Origin: a virus
Lineage: Duplodnaviria; Caudoviricetes
DNA: 64,000 nucleotides
Virus record (IMG/VR): IMGVR_UViG_3300032782_000002
Strand: one strand, 5' to 3'
Positions 15,941 through 25,175 of the stretch are shown here, one piece after another. Numbering within the stretch: the first letter of the stretch is position 1; each line of letters starts with the position of its first letter. Position numbers and translations under genes: made by a program. The notes below the pieces were generated by a model. It saw nothing but the letters and a program-made list of their open reading frames with translations. It was not told the DNA's origin and made no database searches.

Positions 15941-16013
15941 CTCCGGGAAGAGGAATCGAACCCCTGCAGGACTCGTGAACAGCGAGTTGCCCAAGCCATC
16001 AGGCGCTCCCGGA
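15941..16013 (-). tRNA. Second tRNA-Asn(GTT)
   Basis: ACTCG-CT GTT CA-CGAGT; U1-A72, G73. Confidence 0.85.
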
Positions 16014-16103
16014 ATTGCGCGGCGTCTTACGAGACAGCCCGCGCGTCTTCACACACGAACACGGAGAGGCACCATGCGCCCGTTCGGGTCGCCGCCACGT
16101 CCG

Positions 16104-16123
16104 TTCAAGTTTTCAGGGAGCAA
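16104..16123 (-). promoter_or_regulatory. boxA-like antitermination element
   Basis: TTGCTCCCTGAAAACTTGAA resembles the rRNA-operon boxA (GCTCTTTGAAAACT-like). Confidence 0.5.
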
Positions 16124-16144
16124 AGCGTGGCTGCCGCCATCGCC

Positions 16145-16220
16145 TGGTTGGGGCTGAGGGAATCGAACCCCCATAAGCAGGGTCAGAGACTGCTGTCCTA
16201 TGCCATTGGACGAAGCCCCA
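16145..16220 (-). tRNA. tRNA-Gln(CTG), encoded CCA
   Basis: U1-A72; CT CTG AC loop. Confidence 0.92.
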
Positions 16221-16221
16221 G

Positions 16222-16293
16222 TGCGCTCGGACGGAATCGCACCGTCACCTCAACGGGTAAGAGCCGCGTGTGCTACTTTGACACTACGAGCGC
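16222..16293 (-). tRNA. tRNA-Lys(CTT)
   Basis: CT CTT AC loop. Confidence 0.85.
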
Positions 16294-16301
16294 GCGTCAC
16301 G

Positions 16302-16374
16302 TGGGCCCGGAGGGAATCGAACCCTTCACCTCATCGGGTAAAAGCCGAGTGTGCGACCGTTACACCACGAGCCC
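16302..16374 (-). tRNA. tRNA-Lys(TTT)
   Basis: CT TTT AC loop; canonical T arm. Confidence 0.9.
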
Positions 16375-16433
16375 CTGATCTCCTTGGTTGGGCTCGCGTT
16401 TGGTTCTGCGGATCATCGTCGCTCTCGTCTTCG

Positions 16434-16515
16434 TGTAGCGGGGTGGAGTCGAACCACTCGCCGTAGGCCACGGTTTTACAGACCGCTTGGGCATGCCCTG
16501 CCCTCGTCCCGCTAC
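16434..16515 (-). tRNA. tRNA-Tyr(GTA)
   Basis: GCGGT-CT GTA AA-ACCGT; long variable arm. Confidence 0.85.
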
Positions 16516-16811
16516 ATGGAACTGCTCGTCGCGCTGCTTGCAGGGCCCAAAACGACTGCGGCCCGCCGGGAGGTCTTCCGGGCGGGCCGCGTGTGCGCTT
16601 GAGCGCTTCAACGTCGGCCTGCCCTACTCGATACCCGCCTCCGGCTTGGGATTCTGCTGCGACGACCGGAGGCTTTCGCGCACGCAGGTATACCTGACGG
16701 CCCAGCGGGTCGTCGTGGTATCCAGATGCAACGCGAAAGAACGTGTCATCGAAGGTACTCGGACCATGACACCGCTGCGCATCTTGCGCAAGAGCAAAAA
16801 CGCAACGCTCG

Positions 16812-17180
16812 CTAGAAAGGTGCGACGTGCGTCATGCCGACGCGTGAGCCCACGAGGATCCCCGCGGCTCCGCCGATCGGAAGCTCCAGCACGTAGCGGT
16901 ATGGCGTGCGGCGCCCGCGCACCTGGGGCACTCCTGCCGGCACGTTGGGCTGCACGTCGAGCACGGTCCCGTCGTCGGCGAGGAACACGAAGTCGAGCGG
17001 GAAGGGCATGCCCGTCATCGTCATCGGCCACGCCCCGGGCATCGAGAAGCGAAAGAGCATCGGCGACGCCGCCGCACGGCCGTAGAGGCCACGTGTGAGA
17101 TCGGACAGCTGCGAGGCGAGTTCCGCGCGCACGGGCGGGATGGTCCCGAAGTGCAGCATCACGCTGGGCAGGTCGGACAT
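16812..17180 (-). CDS. DUF192 family protein
   Basis: RGL.GR..MLF.F...M..MPFPLDFVFL..DG.V...YVLELP.G. Confidence 0.85.
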   Translation of the reverse strand: MSDLPSVMLHFGTIPPVRAELASQLSDLTRGLYGRAAASPMLFRFSMPGAWPMTMTGMPFPLDFVFLADDGTVLDVQPNVPAGVPQVRGRRTPYRYVLELPIGGAAGILVGSRVGMTHVAPF

Positions 17181-17189
17181 GGTGGGTCT

Positions 17190-17570
17190 ATGCTACCCCG
17201 GATCGTGACGCTCGCTGCCCCGACAATCCGGTTCGAGGTGGATTCCGTAGCCCCCGGCGAAGAGCTGACCGTCGAGGCCATCACCACCGTCACGGCGCGT
17301 TACGACACCCTCATCGTCGAGACCTGCGAGGGCTTCGAGCTGAGCGAGCTGCTGGTCGACGACGAGCCCCAGTTTGGTGCTGGGGGTAGCTCCATTCCAG
17401 CTACCACCTTCGCCCCCGATCGTCGGCCGATACGCCTCGCGCTCGGTCACGGCACCGAGATCGGCATCTTCGAGGGGATGCGCGTGGGTCTGGTGCTGCG
17501 CAACGTCGGCGAGGTGGCGGCGCCGTTTCGCGCCATCCTGCTGCGGGGGCCGCAGACGACGGGGCGTTAG
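17190..17570 (+). CDS. Hypothetical beta-rich protein (start 17190 or 17205)
   Basis: Coding-like ORF divergent from the DUF192 gene. Confidence 0.6.
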   Translation: MLPRIVTLAAPTIRFEVDSVAPGEELTVEAITTVTARYDTLIVETCEGFELSELLVDDEPQFGAGGSSIPATTFAPDRRPIRLALGHGTEIGIFEGMRVGLVLRNVGEVAAPFRAILLRGPQTTGR

Positions 17571-17815
17571 AGCACGAGGTTCGGGCCGCCCTTGGACTCC
17601 GGGTACTTCGTGCCGCAGAACGGGCAGTAGCTCGCGATGAGACGATGCAGCTTCACGCGCGGTGTACGACGCTCGGTGGCGATGATGGCGCGCTCCGGGC
17701 CGCCGCGAAGCGAGATGGTGACGCAGAGCCGTGCGCCCTGTGCGGCGAGCGCCTCGTCGACCTTGTCGGTGCACCGGCACGTCTTGGGCTTCTTGGTCTT
17801 GGCAGTCTTGGTCAT
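17567..17815 (-). CDS. Small Cys-rich phage protein
   Basis: CRC...SYCPFCG. Confidence 0.65.
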   Translation of the reverse strand: MTKTAKTKKPKTCRCTDKVDEALAAQGARLCVTISLRGGPERAIIATERRTPRVKLHRLIASYCPFCGTKYPESKGGPNLVL

Positions 17816-18279
17816 GGCTGGATCACCTGTAGAACGTGATAGAGGAGACTGTGCACGGCCGAGGCGATGCCCGGCGCTCGGCTCTCGCGGCTGCCCGCGA
17901 CGTTGAGAATGCGCGGCTGCGCCAGGTGCAGCCATGCGATCAGTCGCGCGCGACCGTACTCGCCGCGCGAGGTCGTGTTGGCGATGATGACAAAGGGCTT
18001 GCGGATCTGGCGGCAGTAGTCGCGCGTGCGCGCGCTGCCGGCGGTCATCCTGTCGACGAAGATGATGGTGCCGTCCGAACTCTCGACGTTGCGTTTGGTG
18101 CGTACGAGGTAGCCGTCGTCGCGCGTCTCCTGCAGCTGGTAGTGGTCCGGGATGCGACCGTCCTCGGCGCGTCGACCGCGCGGGCACCAGCCGCCGTGCG
18201 GGATGCCGAGCTGGATGGCGACGTTGAGCGCGGCGCGATCCGCGCCGGTCTGGCCACCGCTGATGATGCGTTCGATCAT
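17812..18279 (-). CDS. SLOG-superfamily protein (putative molybdenum-carrier type)
   Basis: IISGGQTGADRAAL...GGWCPRGRRAEDG...RTKRNVESSDGT...LNVAGSRES. Confidence 0.9.
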   Translation of the reverse strand: MIERIISGGQTGADRAALNVAIQLGIPHGGWCPRGRRAEDGRIPDHYQLQETRDDGYLVRTKRNVESSDGTIIFVDRMTAGSARTRDYCRQIRKPFVIIANTTSRGEYGRARLIAWLHLAQPRILNVAGSRESRAPGIASAVHSLLYHVLQVIQP

Positions 18280-19509
18280 GCCTTGCTCGTCAGGTAGGCG
18301 CGCACGGATTGGCCGAGCACTTCGAGCACGCGCGTCAGTCGGGACAGATCCCTGGTCAGCGCGGCGTTGAATGCGGCGGAGACGACGTGATCCTTGGCGG
18401 CGAGGATCTCGGCGGTGAGCTTCTGCTGCGTCGTCGAGCCGTACGTGCAGCAGCGCCGACACCCCGCACTCGAAAGGGGTGACGCGCACGTACAGTGCGG
18501 GATGCACGGCGTCGTGTGCTTGCAGGGACACGCGCGCGACGCGTCGCGGAGCGCCGTCAGCTCGTTGCGCACTCGGGTGAGCAGTGCCCGGTGTGTGCTG
18601 GTAGGCGGTAGCCGCTCGATCGCGTTATCGAGCAGATCGGTCGTGGAGGGCTGCTTCACGGCTGGACTCCGATCAGCCAGCGCAGAAAGCGCAGCCACCA
18701 CGGATCGCGCAGCGCCTTCTCGGCGCCGTCCAGGCAACGCGCGCAGATGCGGCCGCCGTTGCGGGTGAACTTGCCGCACCAGATGCAGTTCTCAGGGAGC
18801 ATCAGGACTCCTGCGTGATCTGCTCGCGCGCCTGGCGCCGCGCGGCCTTCTTCTGTCGGCGGCGCATCGCGGCCCACTCGGCCAGGCAGATACGCCACTT
18901 GCGATGGCGCCGCAGCCCGGCCAGGCGGCTATCCATGTGGGTCTCGCCGTAGGGCTTCATGTGGGCCCCGGGATCTGCGAGCGCAGACGTTTGATCTCCT
19001 CAACCAGGATGGACTTGATGTCCACCGGCACGATCGGCCCGGAACGCAACCAGTTGAACTCGGCCACCTCGCGCACCTCGTAGTCGAAGCGGTGGTGATC
19101 CACGTTCGCTGCCTCCCCGGTCACCCAGCGAGGTAGCTCCCGCAGCATCTCCTCGATTGTGCCCGTCACGCAGAACCGTCCGTCCTGTACGCACCAGATG
19201 CCGTACTTCATCCGAGGATGTCTCCCAGGCCAGGGGGCTCTTCCAGGTCGGCCTCTTCCAGCTCGCTCTTGGCATCCTTGGCCTCGGCGATCAAGTCGCC
19301 GGGCGTCTCGCGGACCAGCCCACTGACGACGAAGCTCGATACCACCTCGTAGACGACGTAGCGCACGCCCGGCCATTGCCGCGCGAGCTTGGCGGCCTCG
19401 GCTTCCGCGGCGCGCTGGGTCGTGTAGTCATCGCGCCACGTGCGCGCTGCGTGGTTCGTGTCGGCTCGCGCGTTGCCCGCGTCGTCCAGTGCGACGCGCC
19501 AGTACCGGT

Positions 19510-20064
19510 TCATGCTGCCGCCTCGAAGGCCGAGTCGAATTCTGCCTTCTTCGCTACGAGGGCCTGCTGCGCCTTGGTTCGCTCGGCCGCTGCCTCCTCC
19601 ATCTCCCGCTGGGCGGCGAGTAGCTTGGCTTCGCACTCGCGCGCGTGTTCGTTGGTCAGCGCGTAGTACGCCTTGGCTTCCTTCAGCTCGTTGAACAGGC
19701 GTTCCATCTTGGCCTCGTGGGTTTCGGGTGGCGGTGGCGGGGGCGCGGCCGCTTCGACGGCGCTGTTGTGCTCTTCGATCCAGTCTTCGGGATGCGTCGT
19801 GCTCACGGGCGCGGTCTCGCGCGCGGCTCGCCGCTCGACGGCCTCGTCGTTCTTGCTCGGCGGCGGCCACTGGAAGCCTCGGCGCCGCAGATCCCGGACG
19901 GTGTTCTTGAAGGCGTGGTGGTCTTCGCTGTGGCTGAAGTGGACGATGCCTTGTGATCGGTCTGGGGGCACGGCCTGCAGGTGGCCCCGACCTGTCTGCG
20001 TGACCGTCCATCCCTGCCGGCGAAGCTCGTCTGCCAGCTCGTCCCAGTGCTTGCGTTCACCCAT
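19510..20064 (-). CDS. HicA-like N-terminal domain plus coiled-coil protein
   Basis: LRRQGWTVTQTGRGH...NTVRDLRRRGF followed by a heptad-rich tail. Confidence 0.55.
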   Translation of the reverse strand: MGERKHWDELADELRRQGWTVTQTGRGHLQAVPPDRSQGIVHFSHSEDHHAFKNTVRDLRRRGFQWPPPSKNDEAVERRAARETAPVSTTHPEDWIEEHNSAVEAAAPPPPPPETHEAKMERLFNELKEAKAYYALTNEHARECEAKLLAAQREMEEAAAERTKAQQALVAKKAEFDSAFEAAA

Positions 20065-20382
20065 TGTCGTCTCCTGTCTCTGCCTGCAACTTGAGAGCTT
20101 GGTGTGCTTCGGCGACGAGCGGCGGCATGCCCGTGCCGTCGCAGGCGTCGCAGGGGTACGTACAGCCCGTGGCCGTCGCCTCACCCTTCGGGCCGCCGCC
20201 GTCGCCCAGGACGATCTCGCCCATGCCCCCGCATTCCGGACAGCGGTCGTCGAACGACGGCAAGACCGCGGGTCCGAACGTGAACGGCTCGAACTCCCAC
20301 GAGGGCGGGATTGCCGGCTTGTAGGGCTCCGCCGTGCAGTCGCCGAGCTGGTCGTTGCCGAGCGGCTTGTCGTCCGGGCGGC

Positions 20383-20775
20383 TCACTCGCTCACCTCGAA
20401 GTCCATCGGATCCTTGTTGTGCACCGGCCCATTGTAGTTGATGGTCAGCTCCTCGCCGCGTGCGATGTCGCGGCGAGCGCGGTACATGATGGTCTGCTTG
20501 GCGAACGCCCGGCGCCACGTCATGTTCGGATCGAACGAGTGACTGTAGAGCGAGCCGTAGCCGAGCGCGATGGCTGCGTGATCGTCGGTCCACCAGTAGG
20601 CCCACTCGCCCAGGCGGTGGCGCGCTGGCCAGCGGTTGTCCACGATGATGACCGGTGCGATCTCGATGATCGTGCCCGCGTGGATGGGCCCACCCGCACG
20701 CACGATGCGGCCCTTGGTCGGGTGCCGGCGGACGAACAGCGGCACCGGTGCGAGCATCCTGGCGATGGGATTCAT
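20383..20775 (-). CDS. SET-domain protein (bacterial type)
   Basis: ALGYGSLYSHSFDPN...ARRDIARGEELTINY. Confidence 0.85.
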   Translation of the reverse strand: MNPIARMLAPVPLFVRRHPTKGRIVRAGGPIHAGTIIEIAPVIIVDNRWPARHRLGEWAYWWTDDHAAIALGYGSLYSHSFDPNMTWRRAFAKQTIMYRARRDIARGEELTINYNGPVHNKDPMDFEVSE

Positions 20776-21326
20776 CGCGTGGCCTCCGCCCATGCGAGGC
20801 AGACGATCGTAAACGCCAGGGCGCCGAAGACGAAGAGCATCATGACACGGTCGCGATCAGATCGGCGAGCAGGACGCGCTGGCGATAGCGCAGTTGGGCG
20901 CCAGGGACGCGAGCGCCCCGGATCATGAACTCCTCGACGACGGCGTCTGTCGGTGACAGTAGCTCGATGAGCGTCTTGTCGGGCGCGTCCCGCAGATCGG
21001 TTACCAGGACGTAGACGACGGCCTTGTGGCTGGCGAAAGCGATGCTGTCGGTCAGGCGGCGTCGGATCTTGTCGTGCGGATCGCGATCCATCAGCGCGCC
21101 CACCAGCGCTTGCCGGCCGCCCACTTGACGAATGCGTCCTTGGACACGCCGCGCTGCTGCGCGACCGCCCAGAACGCCTCGATGTCCGGCTTGTGGTTCG
21201 TCGAGCACGCGAGGTTGCCGTAGGCGAAGTCCAGCCGCTGCAGTTGGCGCTCCTCTTCGGTCGGTGGCGGGAGCAGCTTGGCTTGCTCCATGAGACGGGC
21301 GAGTCTCTCTGCGGTGCTGGGCGGGT

Positions 21327-22070
21327 TCATGTCCGGTCTCCGATCTCGATGCGGGCGATCTCTTCGTCAGGGGTCGCCAGGATGTCCCACGAGTACCCGG
21401 ACTCCGAGCGCTTCCACAGCCATCGACCCTGACCGGGGATGACGATCTCGGCGATGTACGGCCCGCTGTTCGGTCGGACCTCGCCAAGACGCCGTCGTAG
21501 GATCTCACGCATGGCCCAGTACAGCACCGTCCGGGTGATGGTGCGGAAGCGCATCATGTCGCCCCGGCATGCCCGCGTGTATCGTCGCGTCAGCTCCATA
21601 CCCAGCGCGCGGTTGATCTGCTTGGTGTGCATCTCGACGTGGGCTTCCCGCGCAGTGTCCACAAGGGGCTCGCCCGTACGCTCGATCTTCGAATCACGCA
21701 TCGTGAAGGTCAGCTGAAGATCGCCGTTCACGGTGGGGGCGTTCTCGACGTGCCACATGTCGTAGCGGTCGTCCTCGCGATCTCGGGCGAACGCGACACC
21801 GCCCGCTTCCTTGATTGCGCGTACTAGCGGCCAGATCTGGGTCGTCCAGTAGCGCTCTTCGCGGCGGTGTGCAGCGAGTGACCAGCGGGCGGTCCGCGCG
21901 AGGTTCTTCAGCACGCGCGGTGGGTAGACGACCCAGTCGTTGATCTTGATCGTGCGCTTGCCGATCACCTCGCCCTTGGCGTTGACGGGCTGCGCGTCCT
22001 CGTCGAACCCGGCGAAGGCTTCGGCCATCGGCAGGCGGACGTCGTAGTGGATGAAGATCTCGGGTTGCAT
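21327..22070 (-). CDS. Hypothetical protein
   Basis: 247-aa ORF coupled to its neighbours. Confidence 0.65.
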   Translation of the reverse strand: MQPEIFIHYDVRLPMAEAFAGFDEDAQPVNAKGEVIGKRTIKINDWVVYPPRVLKNLARTARWSLAAHRREERYWTTQIWPLVRAIKEAGGVAFARDREDDRYDMWHVENAPTVNGDLQLTFTMRDSKIERTGEPLVDTAREAHVEMHTKQINRALGMELTRRYTRACRGDMMRFRTITRTVLYWAMREILRRRLGEVRPNSGPYIAEIVIPGQGRWLWKRSESGYSWDILATPDEEIARIEIGDRT

Positions 22071-22685
22071 CACCGGGTGCTCGCGTTGCCGACAGCCGTG
22101 GCGATGTCGTTGGCGTCGACCGTGTACTTCTTGCCCCCGATCGTCAGCACGACGTACGTGCGCGCGGTCGTCTGTCGCCAGTCCGACTCGACGACGATGA
22201 CCGGCTTGTCTTTGGCGTTGCTGTCGACGCTCTGTCCGTCGACTTCGTGTACGGGTACCTCGCAGTGGATCTTGATCATGGTGTCCTCTCAGGTGACGGG
22301 AGCCGCGCCGAGCGCGTCGCGAAACGCAGCCCAGAGGGCGGCCTCCGTCTTGGTATCGACGGTGGTGGGCTGGACGGCAACAAGCGAGCGCCCGGCGCGC
22401 ACGAGCTGGTTCAGGGCGTGCTGGACCTGGCTGGGCGGGGCGCACGTTGATCTCCCCGCCGTTGAGGATCTCCCTTGTCCCCGAGGCTGGGCGAGTTGGC
22501 GGTCGCAGCAAGCGTTGAAGTGCAGACAGACCCATCCACGAGGGTACCGCTCGAACCCTCGCGTTCCCCGCCGGCCGCAGTCTCGACACACGTGCACGTC
22601 GCCCATCGGATGAGCTTCCTGACCATAGCACACCCGGCAGGGCTTGATTGACTTCGAATCAACCGCTGAGGTAGCCTCGTCGGTC

Positions 22686-22877
22686 ATGGGCAGCCTCACC
22701 GATAGGCAGATCGAGGAACTGAGGCTGCGGATGCACAAGCACGCCGTCGTCGGAGACGTCGCCGTCGTCGTCCTGACGGCGGCCGAGCTTGGCGGTCTCC
22801 TCGATGAGGTCACCGGGCTACGACGTCTGCTCGCCTCGGAGCGTGCGCGCGACGGTAGCGAGCCGGAGGGGATCTGA
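22686..22877 (+). CDS. Small hypothetical protein
   Basis: Preceded by TTGACT-18 bp-TAGCCT; immediately upstream of the nuclease gene. Confidence 0.55.
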   Translation: MGSLTDRQIEELRLRMHKHAVVGDVAVVVLTAAELGGLLDEVTGLRRLLASERARDGSEPEGI

Positions 22878-22878
22878 G

Positions 22879-24099
22879 ATGCCGCAGCCCACGATGTCCA
22901 AGGCCGGGCTCGTCCTGCAGTGCGGCTGGGCGTTCAACAACGACAAGGTCCCCAAGGTCGTCGCCAACGTGCCCATGCGCTACGGCAGCGCCTTCCACGA
23001 GCTGGTCGCCGGGCCGCTCGCGGCGGGAGTGCCCACCAAGATGCCCCTCGATGCCGTCGAGAGCGTCGCCGAGCGCTTCCAGATCGACGCTGTCGAAGAG
23101 CTGCGCGAGCACGCGTCCGCCGCCTATGCCACGCTGCGTGCGTGGCTCACCGGCGACAACGCGTGGGGCGCCAACCTGCTGCCCGCCCCCAAGGGCGCCA
23201 TCCTCGTCGAGACGGCCATCGCCTACGACACGCGCACCGGCAAGGCGCGGCTGCTACCACCGGTCGACGACAACCACGTCTACATCGGTGTCGGCCGCCG
23301 CGACCACCCCGGCACGGTGGACGTCGCGATCAATCTCAAGGCGTACGGCAAGCGCCTTCCATCGCGCCTGCGTGACGCCGTGCTCATTCTCGACCACAAG
23401 ACGGGCGTGTCGTTCGATCCGCCCCAGGAGAGCTACCAGCTCAAGTCGCTCGCGCTCGCGTTCTCCCGCCTGTGGGGATGCAGTCGCGCCATCGTGGCGA
23501 TCAACCACGCGCCTCGCGACGGCATCCCTGCGGTCTTCGCCGACGAGCTGCCATTCTACGATCTCGACCAGCACGCCAAGAAGCTCAAGCGCGCCTTCCT
23601 GCGGATCGGCGACGGCAGCCTGCGTCCCGGCAAGGAATGCGGCTACTGCCCGGCCAACGGCGTGTGCCCCGCCTACGGCGGCAGCCTCGCCAGCCTCACG
23701 CGTGATCTGCGCCACACGCTCGACACGCCGAACGAGCCGCTCGTACAGGAGGCGTCCAAGGCCCTGGCGATCGACGACGGCAGGCCCAACCTCGACATCA
23801 CGACGCCCGAGGGCATGGGCGCCACGCACATGATTCTGCAGATGATCCGCCGCGTGGACGACGAGTGGAGCGAGCGGATCAAGCAGCAGCTGCGCGAGGG
23901 CGGCCCGGACGCAGCTGGCGTGCGCCCGGACGGGCAGCTCACCGTGCTCAAGGTGACCGAGCGCGAGAACCTGTCGCTCGCGTCGATCAAGCGCGCGTGC
24001 AAGCCCAAGCGGGCCGCCGAGATCGAGAAGATGCTGCGCGACGAGAAGTGCATCGAGGTGCTCAAGCGCGAGGAGCTGCGCGCCGTCGCGGACCGCTAA
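22879..24099 (+). CDS. Cas4/RecB-like PD-(D/E)XK exonuclease
   Basis: GSAFHE, GTVD, ILDHKTG, YQL, PGKECGYCP....CP. Confidence 0.85.
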   Translation: MPQPTMSKAGLVLQCGWAFNNDKVPKVVANVPMRYGSAFHELVAGPLAAGVPTKMPLDAVESVAERFQIDAVEELREHASAAYATLRAWLTGDNAWGANLLPAPKGAILVETAIAYDTRTGKARLLPPVDDNHVYIGVGRRDHPGTVDVAINLKAYGKRLPSRLRDAVLILDHKTGVSFDPPQESYQLKSLALAFSRLWGCSRAIVAINHAPRDGIPAVFADELPFYDLDQHAKKLKRAFLRIGDGSLRPGKECGYCPANGVCPAYGGSLASLTRDLRHTLDTPNEPLVQEASKALAIDDGRPNLDITTPEGMGATHMILQMIRRVDDEWSERIKQQLREGGPDAAGVRPDGQLTVLKVTERENLSLASIKRACKPKRAAEIEKMLRDEKCIEVLKREELRAVADR

Positions 24100-24236
24100 G
24101 CATGCCGAATCCGGAGGAACCGAATCGCACGTTTGCTGAGGCGATCCAAGACGCAATCGACTTCTCGTCGGTCTACCGATTGCACCAGCCGGAGTGAGCT
24201 GCACGCGTTTGCGCCGGGTTGGGTATAATCCCGGCC

Positions 24237-25175
24237 ATGCCCCACCTCGGCACCTGCAAGAGCTGCGGTATGGCCCTGCAGTCGCCGGCCAAGGTGGTGT
24301 GGTGCCCGCGCGGGTGCCCGCGGCGTGTCGTTCTACGCCCCGTGCGGCTCGTTCGCAGGGGCCAGCGCACCAAGTGCGGCGCCGCGTGCCGCAAGGCGCG
24401 GACGCTGCACTGCGACTGCGAGTGCGGTGGGATCAACCACGGCAAGCAAGGCGGCTACTACGTGCCGTCAGGTGGCGCACGCCATGCGGATTCGGTCCCC
24501 GACTGGGAGGGGCTCGTCACGGACGCCGAGTACGTGCCTGCCGTCGTACGGCCCCAGATGCCCGGCGTCGTCGAGCGGCTCAAGGCGAGCGGGGCCCCAC
24601 CTCCCTACGAGTACATCGGCGCCGGCATGACCTCGGTCGTGTTCCGCTCCGGCGCGCTCGCCTACAAGGTGGCGCGCGGCACGAGCGACAGCACCCGATC
24701 GCTCTTCCTCGACGAGGCCGAGTTTCTCAAGACGGCGAGTCGCGTGGCGCGCGTCCGACATCGCGTGGCGAAGTTCGTTCGGTTCGATCCGGTCAACTTG
24801 GTCATCACACGTCGCTACGTGCCCCGGGATCCCAACGCCAGGCGCGGCGCCGTGGACCTCTGGGACCTGCACCGCGAACTCGAACGTCTGATGCTGCCCC
24901 ACGGCTGGACGGCGCCCGAGTACAAGGACGACTCCTATGTGCTCGCCAAGAGGGGCCCCGTGCTGGTCGATGCCGGCTTCGCACACCGGGTAGGCAAGGT
25001 CCTCTTGCGCGACGTCGAGGAGAAGCTGACGGGGCGGCGGCCGTGGTTCCACGATACGCCCCAGGATCTCGCGTTCGCCCTCCGCATGGAGGTCGGTAAG
25101 ACGCTGACTCAGGAGCAGATCGCTCCGCTGGAAGCGAAGCTGAAGGGACTGGCGGCGCCTATGGCGCGCTCGTAG
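24237..25175 (+). CDS. Cys-rich Zn domain fused to an atypical protein-kinase-like domain
   Basis: CDCECGGINHG; YIGAGMTSVVF..AYKV, DEAEFL, VLVDAG; TATAAT 7 nt before the ATG. Confidence 0.7.
   Translation: MPHLGTCKSCGMALQSPAKVVWCPRGCPRRVVLRPVRLVRRGQRTKCGAACRKARTLHCDCECGGINHGKQGGYYVPSGGARHADSVPDWEGLVTDAEYVPAVVRPQMPGVVERLKASGAPPPYEYIGAGMTSVVFRSGALAYKVARGTSDSTRSLFLDEAEFLKTASRVARVRHRVAKFVRFDPVNLVITRRYVPRDPNARRGAVDLWDLHRELERLMLPHGWTAPEYKDDSYVLAKRGPVLVDAGFAHRVGKVLLRDVEEKLTGRRPWFHDTPQDLAFALRMEVGKTLTQEQIAPLEAKLKGLAAPMARS

Noticed and set aside
22879-24099. CRISPR-Cas locus around the Cas4-like gene
   Set aside because: No repeat-spacer array or other cas genes seen; stand-alone Cas4-like nucleases are common in phages
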